64,000 nucleotides of DNA from Oceanispirochaeta sp. (GTDB lineage: Bacteria; Spirochaetota; Spirochaetia; DSM-2461), in the NCBI GenBank assembly GCA_963666275.2, contig CAXXOA010000001.1, positions 928,001-992,000 of the forward strand, in the 5' to 3' direction. Position 1 is the stretch's first letter, and each line of letters begins with the position of its first letter. Positions 10,194 through 19,857 of the stretch are shown here, in pieces. The notes under the pieces were generated by a model, which had not been told where the DNA came from, did not search any database, and worked only from the letters and a program-made list of their open reading frames with translations. A program made the position numbers and the translations under genes.

Positions 10194-12240
10194 ATTCAGG
10201 GCCTCCCGTGAGAAGGTCTCCCGGAGTCAGGGGGAGAGATGTTATCTTCAGTCCCGTCGCCAGAGACACAGCCTGGGAAAAAGCCGCCGGAACGGATCCC
10301 AGGACAAGTCCTTCGAGCCCTCCGATCCTCCGTGCCGGGTTGTCCGAATCGATAAACTCGATTTTAAGTTCCGGAAAGACTGTCGGGCGAATGGACTGTT
10401 TTTTCAGGCACTGGCAGAGAGCCAGGCGGACTTCCGCTTCGATATAGGATCTGGCAGACTTCTGGTCCAGTATATAACCGCAGTCCAGGGAGAGCCATAT
10501 CCGGGGGACTTTCAGTTCCATGGTCGCCGTTTCCAGTTCTACATCTACCACGGCAGCTCCCCAGGAGGGGAAGGCGAAAGGGTTTCCCTTCAGGGTATCC
10601 CTGTCCCACTCTTTTTTGGTCCGCCGGCGATAGGTGCTGGTTTCCGTTATGGGAAGAGCCTCTCTGAATCGTTTCTTCTGTACAGAATCACAGCTCTGAT
10701 CAATCAGCCTTGTCAGTATCGTGGTTGATCTTGAAAGGGTGGAGGGGCCTGTAAATGTCTGCTCATCCGCCAGATCCATTGTAAAGGAAATCTGTTCCTC
10801 CGGAATGGACATCTGGGCGGAGATCCTCTTGCGCCAGAGGGCCATGAGACCCGGAGACGCGGGGACTCCGTTGATCCTTATATTCAGGTTTCCCTCTTTA
10901 TCCAGGGTCGTAGAGGTATTGGCGGCCGTGAGTGTTTTTGCCTGAGAGAGAAATTCATTTCCCTGAAAACAGACTGCCATACCGATACCGCTGTAGGATT
11001 TCGGCTGAAGTTCCAGTTGCTTGATATTTTCCCGGAGCTGTTTTCCCGCGGCATGTTTTCTTGCAAAATCAGAGCGCTTTGTCAGGTGCTCCATCATTTC
11101 CTTCAAAGGCGGGGCCTGTTTGACCGAACCGGCTGTGGAGAGAAGATTCCCTTTGCCGACAAGATTTTTCCGCCGCCAGGTAGCCGGGTCTATACCGGAC
11201 TGTTCCGCCAGAGTATTGGCAAGCATTTCCAGACCGTAGAAGCCCTGAGGCAGTCCCCATCCTGTCATGGGAAGCCAGGGGGGGGTGTTGCTCCGGTAGG
11301 CTTCTCCCTGTATGCGGATATTCCGGCACTGATAGTATCCCGCAGCGGATATACAGATTCTGCTGAGAACTTCCGAGGCAAAACAGCCGAAGGCTCCCGC
11401 GTCGAGCTGAAAGTTTCCTTCCAGGGCCGTGAGTTTTCCCTGGCTGTCAATGCCGGCTCTGTAGTGTATTTCAAGGACTCGGGGAATAAGGATCTCCCGG
11501 GTACTGTACTCCATGAGTTTGATAGGCTGTCTCAGGATGGAGGCAACCGCTACGGCCAGTGCTGCGGGAATGGCAGACTGCCAGATATGGGAATCCCAGG
11601 AACGGCCGGCTGTATTGAACTGAAGCTCAACCTGCTTGGGACTGATTTTGGCCGACAGGGCGCAGAATTTCCTGACAAGCGAGGGCCATTGGGTATGGAG
11701 ATTGAGAATATAGCGGCCGCCCTCTTTGGTACAGAAAACTCCCATACGGGGATAGCTGGGTACCTCCGGCATTTCCAGCGAGTAGGTTCCTTCCAGTATT
11801 ATCTCCGCCTTGTTCAGTCCCTTCTGTATATCTCCTTTTGAAACCTCTTTTACAGCGGCTCTTGTCCCGGGATCATTGATTCCCGGAGGAGGGTAGGCGG
11901 GAATCTTCCTGATACGGCACTGGATTTTCCGGCCGTAGCGGAAAAGAAGATCCTGATCGGGACTTGTGAGAACCCCTACGGGCTGTCCTTTATAGTGTAC
12001 TTTTTTATCGGCCAGAAGAGGTATGGATCCCTCGGGAAGGGGCATCTCATTTTTCCCCGGTAGATCCTCAGCTGCGAAAAAATCCATGTTTTCAGGGAGT
12101 TCGGGAACATCAATGCCCAGAAGGAGTCCCGAATCATAGGGACTGCGGATCAAGAGAGCATAAATCAGCTTTTTGCTGGTCATATCCTCGGGAAATCGAA
12201 CCCGTCCCGCCATGCGGTTCCGGAATTTTTCTTCATCCAA
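10183..12240 (-). CDS. xanthine dehydrogenase/CoxL-family large subunit homologue, degenerate Moco motifs
   Basis: IRSP, VHYKGQPV, DAGAF, RRKNL, GIGMA, DCG retained. TTG 12240 overlaps the degT stop; the ORF track uses GTG 12270. Confidence 0.8.
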   Translation of the reverse strand: MDEEKFRNRMAGRVRFPEDMTSKKLIYALLIRSPYDSGLLLGIDVPELPENMDFFAAEDLPGKNEMPLPEGSIPLLADKKVHYKGQPVGVLTSPDQDLLFRYGRKIQCRIRKIPAYPPPGINDPGTRAAVKEVSKGDIQKGLNKAEIILEGTYSLEMPEVPSYPRMGVFCTKEGGRYILNLHTQWPSLVRKFCALSAKISPKQVELQFNTAGRSWDSHIWQSAIPAALAVAVASILRQPIKLMEYSTREILIPRVLEIHYRAGIDSQGKLTALEGNFQLDAGAFGCFASEVLSRICISAAGYYQCRNIRIQGEAYRSNTPPWLPMTGWGLPQGFYGLEMLANTLAEQSGIDPATWRRKNLVGKGNLLSTAGSVKQAPPLKEMMEHLTKRSDFARKHAAGKQLRENIKQLELQPKSYSGIGMAVCFQGNEFLSQAKTLTAANTSTTLDKEGNLNIRINGVPASPGLMALWRKRISAQMSIPEEQISFTMDLADEQTFTGPSTLSRSTTILTRLIDQSCDSVQKKRFREALPITETSTYRRRTKKEWDRDTLKGNPFAFPSWGAAVVDVELETATMELKVPRIWLSLDCGYILDQKSARSYIEAEVRLALCQCLKKQSIRPTVFPELKIEFIDSDNPARRIGGLEGLVLGSVPAAFSQAVSLATGLKITSLPLTPGDLLTGGPEYAD

Positions 12241-13435
12241 GGGAAACCCCCGACTGCATCCGCGCGGCACAGCCTATTGTCCTGACGCAGCTGCAGACTC
12301 TCTCCAGCTGCTCTTCCGTCATATCCGGAAAAAGTGGCAGGCTGATGATGCGTCTGAACATCTCCGCCGCCCGGGGCAGATCCTGAGGATTCAGACTGTA
12401 CCGTCCGGCATAGTAGCTCATCATATGAAGAGGTTTGTAGTGCACCGAGGTTCCGATTCCCATCTCCTGCAGTTCTTCGATAAACCGGTCCCGGTCAATG
12501 GAGAGTCTTTCCGGTTTGAGGCGGATCATGAAAAGGTGCCAGGCATGGGTCTCCTTCATAGCGGGAAGTTCCAGAAAATCCAGGTCTTTCAGATTTTCCA
12601 GATAGGCTTCCACAAGGGCTCTTCTCCTGCGGAGAAACTCTTCCGCCCGTTTCAGCTGCACCCTGCCTATGGCAGCGGACAGATCGGTCATATTGTATTT
12701 GAATCCGGGAGCGGCAATATCGTACTCCCAGGCGGCTTTCCGGGAGGTATAGCGGTCCCAGGCGGCTCTGTTGATTCCGTGGAGCCGCATGATCTCCATC
12801 CGCCTGACAAGATCCGGATCCGTTGCGGCAATCATTCCGCCTTCTCCGGTGGTTATGGTCTTATTGGCATAGAAAGAGTACACTCCCGCATCGCTGAAGG
12901 TGCCCACATACCCCCGATCCGTTTTCACAGGGAAGCAGTGCGCCGCATCTTCCACCAGAAAGAGATTGTACTTTTCAGCAAGGCTATGAAGTTCTTCCAG
13001 GTATTCGGGATCTCCCCCGATATGGACCGGGAGGATTCCCCGTACTCGTTTCCCTTTGCCCAGGAGTCGTAAAATCTCGGTTTCCGTTTTTTCAGGGTCC
13101 ATGTTCCAGCTGTGCTCTCCCAGATCCACAAACCAGGGATCTGCGCCGCAGTAGCGGATAACCTCCGCAGTGGCTGTAAAGGTGTAGGAGGGGACTAGAA
13201 CAATATCTCCGGGACCGACACCCAGAGCTTCCATCACGAGATGGAGCCCGGCTGTTGCCGAATTGACGGCTAACGTGCGGGAGGCTCCGGTATAGCGGGC
13301 AAACTCCTGTTCAAAGGCCAGGGTTTCCTTTCCCGTGGTCAGCCAGCCGCTTCTGAGAACTCTCAGGACAGCCTCTTCCTCCTCCCGTCCGATGGAGGGG
13401 CGGGAAAAAGGGATAAACTCAGTATTCCGGTTCAT
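12233..13435 (-). CDS. DegT/DnrJ/EryC1/StrS PLP-dependent sugar aminotransferase
   Basis: NSATAGLHL, VEDAAH, SFYANKTITTGEGG, GFKYNMTD. Confidence 0.95.
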   Translation of the reverse strand: MNRNTEFIPFSRPSIGREEEEAVLRVLRSGWLTTGKETLAFEQEFARYTGASRTLAVNSATAGLHLVMEALGVGPGDIVLVPSYTFTATAEVIRYCGADPWFVDLGEHSWNMDPEKTETEILRLLGKGKRVRGILPVHIGGDPEYLEELHSLAEKYNLFLVEDAAHCFPVKTDRGYVGTFSDAGVYSFYANKTITTGEGGMIAATDPDLVRRMEIMRLHGINRAAWDRYTSRKAAWEYDIAAPGFKYNMTDLSAAIGRVQLKRAEEFLRRRRALVEAYLENLKDLDFLELPAMKETHAWHLFMIRLKPERLSIDRDRFIEELQEMGIGTSVHYKPLHMMSYYAGRYSLNPQDLPRAAEMFRRIISLPLFPDMTEEQLERVCSCVRTIGCAARMQSGVSLG

Positions 13436-14912
13436 TGTCTGGTACCTGAAGGGAGGGAAAGAATTTTTTCAGAATATTCCGGAGAGCATTCCGGTTTCTG
13501 AATACGTCCGGATGTTCCGGATCGAAAAAGCAGATGGGATCCACTTCTTCGGCCAGTTCTCCGGCGGAAAAATCAGCCTGCTCCGCCTTGACTTTGAAGA
13601 TCCGGGCGTATTCGGTCTGGATAGGATCCTCCCTGTTGTTCCAGAGTTTCTCCACAACCTTTTCTCCCGGACGCATTCCTATAAAATGGATGGGAATATC
13701 TTCCTCTTTGTAGCCGTAGAAGCGAATCATCTGTTTGGCCAGGTCCAGTATCCGGATCGGTTCACCCATATCCAGGACATACAGGCCGCCGTTGTGTCCC
13801 ACCCCTCCGGCTTTCAGAACAAGGGATGCCGCTTCGGGTATGGTCATAAAATAGCGGGTCGTATCCGGGTGGGTCACTGTCACGGGACCTCCCGCGAGGA
13901 TCTGTTCCTTGAAGAGAGGGATAATGCTTCCCCGTGATCCCAGAACATTGCCGAACCGGACAACCATGTAGTCCAGCCCCTTCTTCCTCTCCTCCAGAAC
14001 AAGCATCTCCGCCAGACGTTTGGTGACGCCGTAGGTACAGGAGGGGGAGACGGCTTTGTCTGTGGATATCAGTACAAGGCGGGGAACCCCTGCGGCCTCG
14101 GCGGCTCTAATCAGGTTGAGGGTTCCGAAGACATTGTTCTTTACCGCTTCCACAGGATTGAATTCAAGCATGGGCACATGCTTGTGGGCGGCGCAGTGAA
14201 ACACGACGTCCGCCTTCAGACGTTTCAGGATAAACTCCATATACTGCTTGTCCTGCAGATCCCCGATGATGGGTACCACGGTGGCTTTTTCACCCACTCC
14301 GCCTTCCTGCAGAAGCCTGAGTTCCCTGTCGATCCTGTAAATGCTGTTCTCTCCATGACCCAGCAGATAGAGCCTCTCGGCTCCTCCCGAAAGGAGCTGC
14401 CTTGCCAGTTCACTTCCGATACTCCCTCCGGCTCCTGTAATGAGAACTCTCTTGCCCCTCAGGTAGGAAAGGCTCTCCACAAGATCTATGGCTACCGGAT
14501 TCCGTCCCAGAAGGTCTTCCGGATCAATATCTCTTGCCTGAACCAGATGGGCGTGGCCATTGACGATCTGGGATATATTGGGAAGGATCCGGATCCTGGT
14601 AAACTCGGCCTTGCTCAGTGTGTTGTAGATCCTGGCCAGCTCTTCTCTTGAAGCCGTGGGAATGGCAATGATGGCTTCGTCCGCGGGAGTCGTCCTGAGT
14701 ATCCTGGTAAAGGCATTAATCGGCCCCAGGACCGGGACATCTGCTATCTGGGTTCCAATCTTTTCAGGATTGTCATCCAGGAAGGCAACAACCTCTCCGG
14801 CGTTTTTTTTTCTGTTGATCTCTTCTGCTATATTAGAGCCGGCAAACCCGGCTCCTATAATGAATATTCTATTCCCTTTCTTTACGCTCACCTGATCAGA
14901 ATAACACAGCAT
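13419..14912 (-). CDS. CapD/PglF-type nucleotide-sugar 4,6-dehydratase (no N-terminal TM region)
   Basis: DLLGR, TGAGGSIGSEL, AAHKHVP, ISTDKAV, YGVTK, VRFGNVLGSRGS, RPGEK. Confidence 0.93.
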   Translation of the reverse strand: MLCYSDQVSVKKGNRIFIIGAGFAGSNIAEEINRKKNAGEVVAFLDDNPEKIGTQIADVPVLGPINAFTRILRTTPADEAIIAIPTASREELARIYNTLSKAEFTRIRILPNISQIVNGHAHLVQARDIDPEDLLGRNPVAIDLVESLSYLRGKRVLITGAGGSIGSELARQLLSGGAERLYLLGHGENSIYRIDRELRLLQEGGVGEKATVVPIIGDLQDKQYMEFILKRLKADVVFHCAAHKHVPMLEFNPVEAVKNNVFGTLNLIRAAEAAGVPRLVLISTDKAVSPSCTYGVTKRLAEMLVLEERKKGLDYMVVRFGNVLGSRGSIIPLFKEQILAGGPVTVTHPDTTRYFMTIPEAASLVLKAGGVGHNGGLYVLDMGEPIRILDLAKQMIRFYGYKEEDIPIHFIGMRPGEKVVEKLWNNREDPIQTEYARIFKVKAEQADFSAGELAEEVDPICFFDPEHPDVFRNRNALRNILKKFFPSLQVPDNEPEY

Positions 14913-15113
14913 GATTGATTAGTTAATAGAACTGTTATTAAAACTTTTCTCGTACAAAAGGCTTCGTAATCCTGAAAAAAACGCCGATACTAAGAAAAAC
15001 CTCCTGTTGTCTGCATGAGCAGACGGCAGTGCCGTTGATCATCCTCTGATAATCGACGGCCCTTGAGAGAGAGGATTTTCAGAGAAAATCCGGACGCTTT
15101 TACAGGAGTTATG

Positions 15114-15566
15114 ATGAGTCGATTTATAGTATGGAAAAAATTACTGCCCCTGTTTACAGGCCTTGTCTTTATGACGGCAAATCTTGCCGGGCAGACTGTT
15201 ATTGTCAATACGGTTCCGGCAGCCTCTGCGGGAGAGCAGGAACCTGATTCCTCGGAGGCTGTTGATTCGGGGATTATGGAAGTTCTCTTTGACAGGGGCT
15301 ATATCATTTTCAGTCAGTCAACAGACGATTCCAGAGAGACCCTCCTTTCCACTGCCAGGAATACGGGGGCGGATATTGTTCTCTCATGGAAAATGCAGGA
15401 TGAAGCGGTTTCGGGTATGCTGCTGGACTGTAATACAGGAGATGTGGTACGGAGTGTAGACCTCTCCGTGGAAGATCTTGAAAACCCGGTGGAAAATCTT
15501 CACAGGAAATATGTAGCCCTGGGAGAAAAACTATGTGATCATCTGATTCCGGAAAACTGGAACTGA
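15114..15566 (+). CDS. exported hypothetical protein
   Basis: AGGAG before ATG 15114; signal-peptide-like N-terminus. Confidence 0.7.
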   Translation: MSRFIVWKKLLPLFTGLVFMTANLAGQTVIVNTVPAASAGEQEPDSSEAVDSGIMEVLFDRGYIIFSQSTDDSRETLLSTARNTGADIVLSWKMQDEAVSGMLLDCNTGDVVRSVDLSVEDLENPVENLHRKYVALGEKLCDHLIPENWN

Positions 15567-15583
15567 AAGAGGGGAGCCTGAAT

Positions 15584-16780
15584 ATGCATACAGAAAGATT
15601 AGGAAAAATATTATTTCAAAGAGCCGCGGTCCTCTGGCTGCTTCTGGCGCCGGTTCTGCTTTCATCCGAACCTGTCTGGTCGGGGAATGCTTCGGTGGAC
15701 GGTGCAGAGTTTGTCAATTTTATAGAAGATACTCCCCTGGCCGGAGCCTCCAGTTCCTTTACAAGAAATACTGTCATTGAGGTTACCAATGCCCAGAACG
15801 GAAGGACCGTGGAAGTGACCATTGTGAAAAGAGCTCCCCGGCCCGGAGTCTTTCTTGTGTTAAGTTCCGCAGCAGGGGAGGCCCTGGGACTTCCGGCGGA
15901 CCAGGTTGTCCCGGTACAGGTCCGGGTAAAAAGCGATAGCGCTTCCTCCAGCTATGAAAACAGGTTCGAAAGTCCTGATCCCGATATAAATCCTGCGGTT
16001 TCACTTCCCGAGGAGGCTGCTGCCGCCGGTACAGCTCTTGTCCCACCCGATGCCTCTGTTCCTCCGGAAGCCCTTCCTGAGGCGGGAGATGCAGATTCCG
16101 TAGAGGGTGAGTTTTCACCGGAAGCGGAAGAGGCGCTGCCCGAACCGGATTTTCTTGACGGTCCTGTTCCGGTTCCCCTGCCGGATGTACCCATTGTCAT
16201 GGAAGAAGAGACCATCCCGGAGGAAGGGGTCTCTCCCGTTTCTCCTGAGGTTCCCCCTGTGGAGGAGGTCATGGGTGAGGACTCCTTTCCAATGGACGAA
16301 GACGCTCTTGTACTGGCGGAAGAACCGGCGGTCATACCCGTTCCGGAGGAAACAGCGGAAGAAGAGCTCTTTCCGGAAGAGAGCGATCCTGCGGAAGGCT
16401 TGCTCCCCGAGGATATGGCAGGAGAGAATGTTATCTACTTTCTGACTCCTTCGGATTTCAGGCCTCCTGAAGCTCCGGATGTGGAGGAGGAGATTGTTCC
16501 GGTTTATGTTGACAGGGAGGAGCTTGAAAACAGGATTGAAGAGCAGCTTGAAAACGGCTCCTCCTATATACAGCTGGGTGCCTACTCTTCATCGGAACTT
16601 GTCTACGGAGAAATGGACAGGATTGCCGTGAAGTATCCCATGATTGTCTGGACAGACGATTCGGGAAGCGGTCCTGTATACAAGCTTCTGATCGGCCCCC
16701 TCACAGGTGATGAAACAGGTGTTCTTGTCTATCGTTTCAGAGCCGAGGGGTATCACGACCTTTTCCTTTACAGACCCTGA
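15584..16780 (+). CDS. RlpA-like double-psi barrel + acidic Pro-rich linker + SPOR domain protein
   Basis: VIEVTNAQNGRTVEVTIV...LSSAAGEALG; C-terminal YIQLGAYS...YKLLIGP. Confidence 0.8.
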   Translation: MHTERLGKILFQRAAVLWLLLAPVLLSSEPVWSGNASVDGAEFVNFIEDTPLAGASSSFTRNTVIEVTNAQNGRTVEVTIVKRAPRPGVFLVLSSAAGEALGLPADQVVPVQVRVKSDSASSSYENRFESPDPDINPAVSLPEEAAAAGTALVPPDASVPPEALPEAGDADSVEGEFSPEAEEALPEPDFLDGPVPVPLPDVPIVMEEETIPEEGVSPVSPEVPPVEEVMGEDSFPMDEDALVLAEEPAVIPVPEETAEEELFPEESDPAEGLLPEDMAGENVIYFLTPSDFRPPEAPDVEEEIVPVYVDREELENRIEEQLENGSSYIQLGAYSSSELVYGEMDRIAVKYPMIVWTDDSGSGPVYKLLIGPLTGDETGVLVYRFRAEGYHDLFLYRP

Positions 16781-16802
16781 AAGATTCCTTATCCTTAAGA
16801 GT

Positions 16803-16835
16803 AACCCTGTCTGAAGCCTCAGGCGGGGTTTTTTT
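16803..16835 (+). terminator. intrinsic terminator
   Basis: AACCCTGTCTGA-AGCC-TCAGGCGGGGTT followed by T tract. Confidence 0.7.
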
Positions 16836-16957
16836 GGTTTTCTCAGAAATTGAGAATTTAAGTATATGGACAATGATGGACAATAGAAGACATAATGAGT
16901 CTATAATAGAAATTTATTCGATAAAAACTCCCTTCCGGGGGAGATAATGAGGTGCCT

Positions 16958-17419
16958 ATGAATCTGAGTAAAGTGATTGCCCCTGAGTGCTGTATTTCCC
17001 TGACCGAGAGCAGTAAGACTGAAGTCCTGATAGAACTGATGGAAAAGATTGCCCTTTCGGGGTTCGTTGAAGACCTGGAGTCTCTTAAAAAAGAGATCTT
17101 CTACAGGGAACAGCTGATGAGTACCGGTATCGGTATGGGGATCGGAATCCCCCATGTCCGCTTTAAAGGAATCAAAAATCCTGTGGTGGCAGTGGGAATC
17201 AGACCCGAAGGGATCAAAGACTATGAAAGTATAGACAAAGAAGATGTGAAAATCGTCTTTATGATCCTTGTGGGAGAAGATCAGCACAAAGAGCATATCC
17301 GCCTTCTGTCCCAGATCATGGAAAAACTGAAGAGTCCCGAAGATCGGCAGACCCTTTCAGGATTGACGGATTCACAGAAAATCTACAGCTTTCTGACCGG
17401 CGGAGAGTCTCATGAGTGA
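16958..17419 (+). CDS. PTS EIIA (Ntr/fructose-mannitol type) protein
   Basis: REQLMSTGIGMGIGIPH with phospho-His; HIRLLSQI; GAGGTG RBS. Confidence 0.92.
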   Translation: MNLSKVIAPECCISLTESSKTEVLIELMEKIALSGFVEDLESLKKEIFYREQLMSTGIGMGIGIPHVRFKGIKNPVVAVGIRPEGIKDYESIDKEDVKIVFMILVGEDQHKEHIRLLSQIMEKLKSPEDRQTLSGLTDSQKIYSFLTGGESHE

Positions 17420-19073
17420 GTTGGTTTCAGGTCATCTGAACATCCTGCTTCTTCTGGGGGTCGTGCTCTCTCTGGGGACTTTGGGGGGACGGTTTTTTCA
17501 GTTCCTTAAAATTCCCCAGGTGGTAGGCTATATCATCATCGGTATTTTTCTGGGCCAGTCCGGACTGAAACTTGTCAATACCGATACGGTTGCCAACCTG
17601 AAATACTTCAGCTCCTTCGCCCTGGCAATTATCGGTTTTCTTATCGGGGGAGAACTGAAAATCCAGGTTATCAAAAAGTATGGAAAACAGTTTACCTGGA
17701 TCCTGTTTCTGGAGGCCATCACCGCCTTTGTGGTGGTGTCTCTTCTGGTGACACTGGTGGGACTCCTCCTTTTCAGGGATGTGAACCTGGCAGTTTCTCT
17801 GGGGCTCCTTCTCGGCGCCATCTCCTCGGCTACCGCACCGGCGGCGACGACGGATGTGCTGTGGGAGAATAAAACCCGGGGCCCTCTGACAACAACCGTT
17901 CTGGGACTGGTTGCCATGGACGACGGTGTTGCCCTTCTGCTGTTTGCGATTGCCACAAGTGTGGCCGGGGCCCTGACGGGAGAGGTCACAACCGGATTCG
18001 GTCTGAGTATTCTCCATCTTGTATACGAGGTGGGTGTGGCCATCATCCTGGGTTCCCTGGTGGGCTGGGGCCTTTCCAAGCTGATCAGAGGATATCTGGA
18101 AGAGGACAAAATCCTTGTGTTCTCAATCGGAGCGATCCTGCTGATTATCGGTCTGACCCAGATCCTGGAACTGGATATGATTCTCAGTGCCATGTCCATG
18201 GGATTTTTCATGTCCAACTTCGCTCCCCGTAGGAGTAAAGTCCTCTTTACTCTGGTAGAAAAATTCGCCCCTCCCATCTATGTGCTGTTTTTCGTACTGG
18301 TAGGAGCCAAGCTGAATATCTGGGCCATAACGGGAATTGTCGCCGTTCTGGCATCGGTTTTTCTGGTGGGAAGAACCTCCGGGAAATTCCTGGGGGCCTT
18401 TCTGGGGGCAAAAATCTCTCAGGCTCCCGAAACAGTCAGAAAGTATCTTCCTTTCTGCCTGCTCAGCCAGGCCGGTGTGGCTGTGGGACTTTCCATAGTG
18501 GCCGGTCAGACTTTTCAGGGAGAACTGGGCAATATCATTGTCATGGTCGTAACCACTTCCACTTTCATTGTACAGCTGGCGGGACCTCCCTTTGTCAAAT
18601 ACGCGGTTGGGAAAGCCGGGGAAGTGGGGCTGAATATTACCGAGGAGGATCTGATCCAGAAAAGCCGGGCCGGCGATATGATGCATCCAGTTCCCCCCAT
18701 CCGGGAAGATCAGCCTGTGACAGAGATCCTTTCCCATTTCAGTAAGTACGAAAACCTGATCTATCCTGTTGTGGACCGGGATAACAAGCTCATCGGAGTG
18801 ATTACCATCGATCATCTCAAAGATACCTTTATGGCTTCCCAGCTTTCCGGATTCCTCCTGGCTCATGATATTTCCATACCCGTACCGGATGCCTGCCGAA
18901 TGGATACCCCTGCTGAGGAGGTGTATCTGCTTATGAAAAAACACAATCTGGATTACATGCCTGTGACGGATGAAAATAACCAGGCTGTGGGGGTCGTGGA
19001 GAAACGAATTGCCCAGAAGCTCTTCTCTCTGAGAATTCTGGAACTCCGGCAGAAAGCCGAGGCCCTGGGGTAG
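17412..19073 (+). CDS. cation:proton antiporter with C-terminal CBS pair
   Basis: many TM segments, SATAPAAT, VAMDD, QAGVAVGL; CBS motifs YPVVD...LIGVIT and MPVTD...VGVV. Confidence 0.9.
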   Translation: MSELVSGHLNILLLLGVVLSLGTLGGRFFQFLKIPQVVGYIIIGIFLGQSGLKLVNTDTVANLKYFSSFALAIIGFLIGGELKIQVIKKYGKQFTWILFLEAITAFVVVSLLVTLVGLLLFRDVNLAVSLGLLLGAISSATAPAATTDVLWENKTRGPLTTTVLGLVAMDDGVALLLFAIATSVAGALTGEVTTGFGLSILHLVYEVGVAIILGSLVGWGLSKLIRGYLEEDKILVFSIGAILLIIGLTQILELDMILSAMSMGFFMSNFAPRRSKVLFTLVEKFAPPIYVLFFVLVGAKLNIWAITGIVAVLASVFLVGRTSGKFLGAFLGAKISQAPETVRKYLPFCLLSQAGVAVGLSIVAGQTFQGELGNIIVMVVTTSTFIVQLAGPPFVKYAVGKAGEVGLNITEEDLIQKSRAGDMMHPVPPIREDQPVTEILSHFSKYENLIYPVVDRDNKLIGVITIDHLKDTFMASQLSGFLLAHDISIPVPDACRMDTPAEEVYLLMKKHNLDYMPVTDENNQAVGVVEKRIAQKLFSLRILELRQKAEALG

Positions 19074-19075
19074 GT

Positions 19076-19849
19076 ATGGAGAATACAGATACAATAGACG
19101 CCCTGCTTAAAAAAAAGGGCCTCTCCGAAAAGGACCTGGCGGATTTCCTGGCTCAGAGAGGCTGGGGATGTGAGCATCCCTCTACCTGGCGGATCGATCT
19201 GGAACAGGACTTTCTGACCCTCTGGAAAAAAGTCTCTCCCTTTACCATGATTTCCATGGAGAGAGGATACGCTGTCTATCAGGCGGTCCATCACATTCTG
19301 GACCGGGATCTGCCCGGAGACTTTGTTGAGTGCGGAGTCTGGAAGGGGGGAACCTGCATGCTCATGGCTCTGGCGTTGAAGGAGAGAGCTGTTTCCGACC
19401 GGAATATCTGGCTCTATGATACCTTTGAAGGAATGACCGAACCGGGGCCGGAAGACAGAATCGCTTCTTCCGGTCAGGCTGTCTCTGAACGCTGGCAGGA
19501 AGGCTGGTGGGCCGTGGGAATGGAAGAGGTCAGACGGAATCTGCTCTCTACAGGATTTCCAGAGGAGAAGATCCGTCTGGTACCCGGTGATGTGTGCAAA
19601 ACACTATCCGAGACAGCGCCCCAAGAGATTTCTCTCCTGCGCCTGGATACGGACTGGTATGAGTCAACCAGAGCGGAACTTGAAGTCCTCTATCCCCGTC
19701 TGGTGGGCCGGGGGGTGCTTATCATTGATGATTACGGACACTTCAGCGGATCCAGGCAGGCGGTGGATGAGTATTTCACCGGGCGCCGGGATGCACCTCT
19801 TCTTCAGAGAAGTGACTATACCGGCAGGCTGGGTGTCAAAATAGACTGA
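19076..19849 (+). CDS. TylF/MycF/NovP-family O-methyltransferase
   Basis: GDFVECGVWKGG, YDTFEG, LLRLDTDWYEST, IIDDYG. Confidence 0.92.
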   Translation: MENTDTIDALLKKKGLSEKDLADFLAQRGWGCEHPSTWRIDLEQDFLTLWKKVSPFTMISMERGYAVYQAVHHILDRDLPGDFVECGVWKGGTCMLMALALKERAVSDRNIWLYDTFEGMTEPGPEDRIASSGQAVSERWQEGWWAVGMEEVRRNLLSTGFPEEKIRLVPGDVCKTLSETAPQEISLLRLDTDWYESTRAELEVLYPRLVGRGVLIIDDYGHFSGSRQAVDEYFTGRRDAPLLQRSDYTGRLGVKID

Positions 19850-19857
19850 CAGGGCTT

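Noticed and set aside
12233..13435. DegT protein as an E1-type (AscC/RfbH) 3-dehydrase using the Fe-S/FAD subunits as E3
   Set aside because: It keeps the Schiff-base Lys (SFYANK), whereas E1 has His there, and I see no E1 Fe-S Cys cluster. It is an ordinary aminotransferase by motif.
14960..14992. sigma28 promoter (GCCGATAC)
   Set aside because: No TAAA -35 element at the proper spacing.
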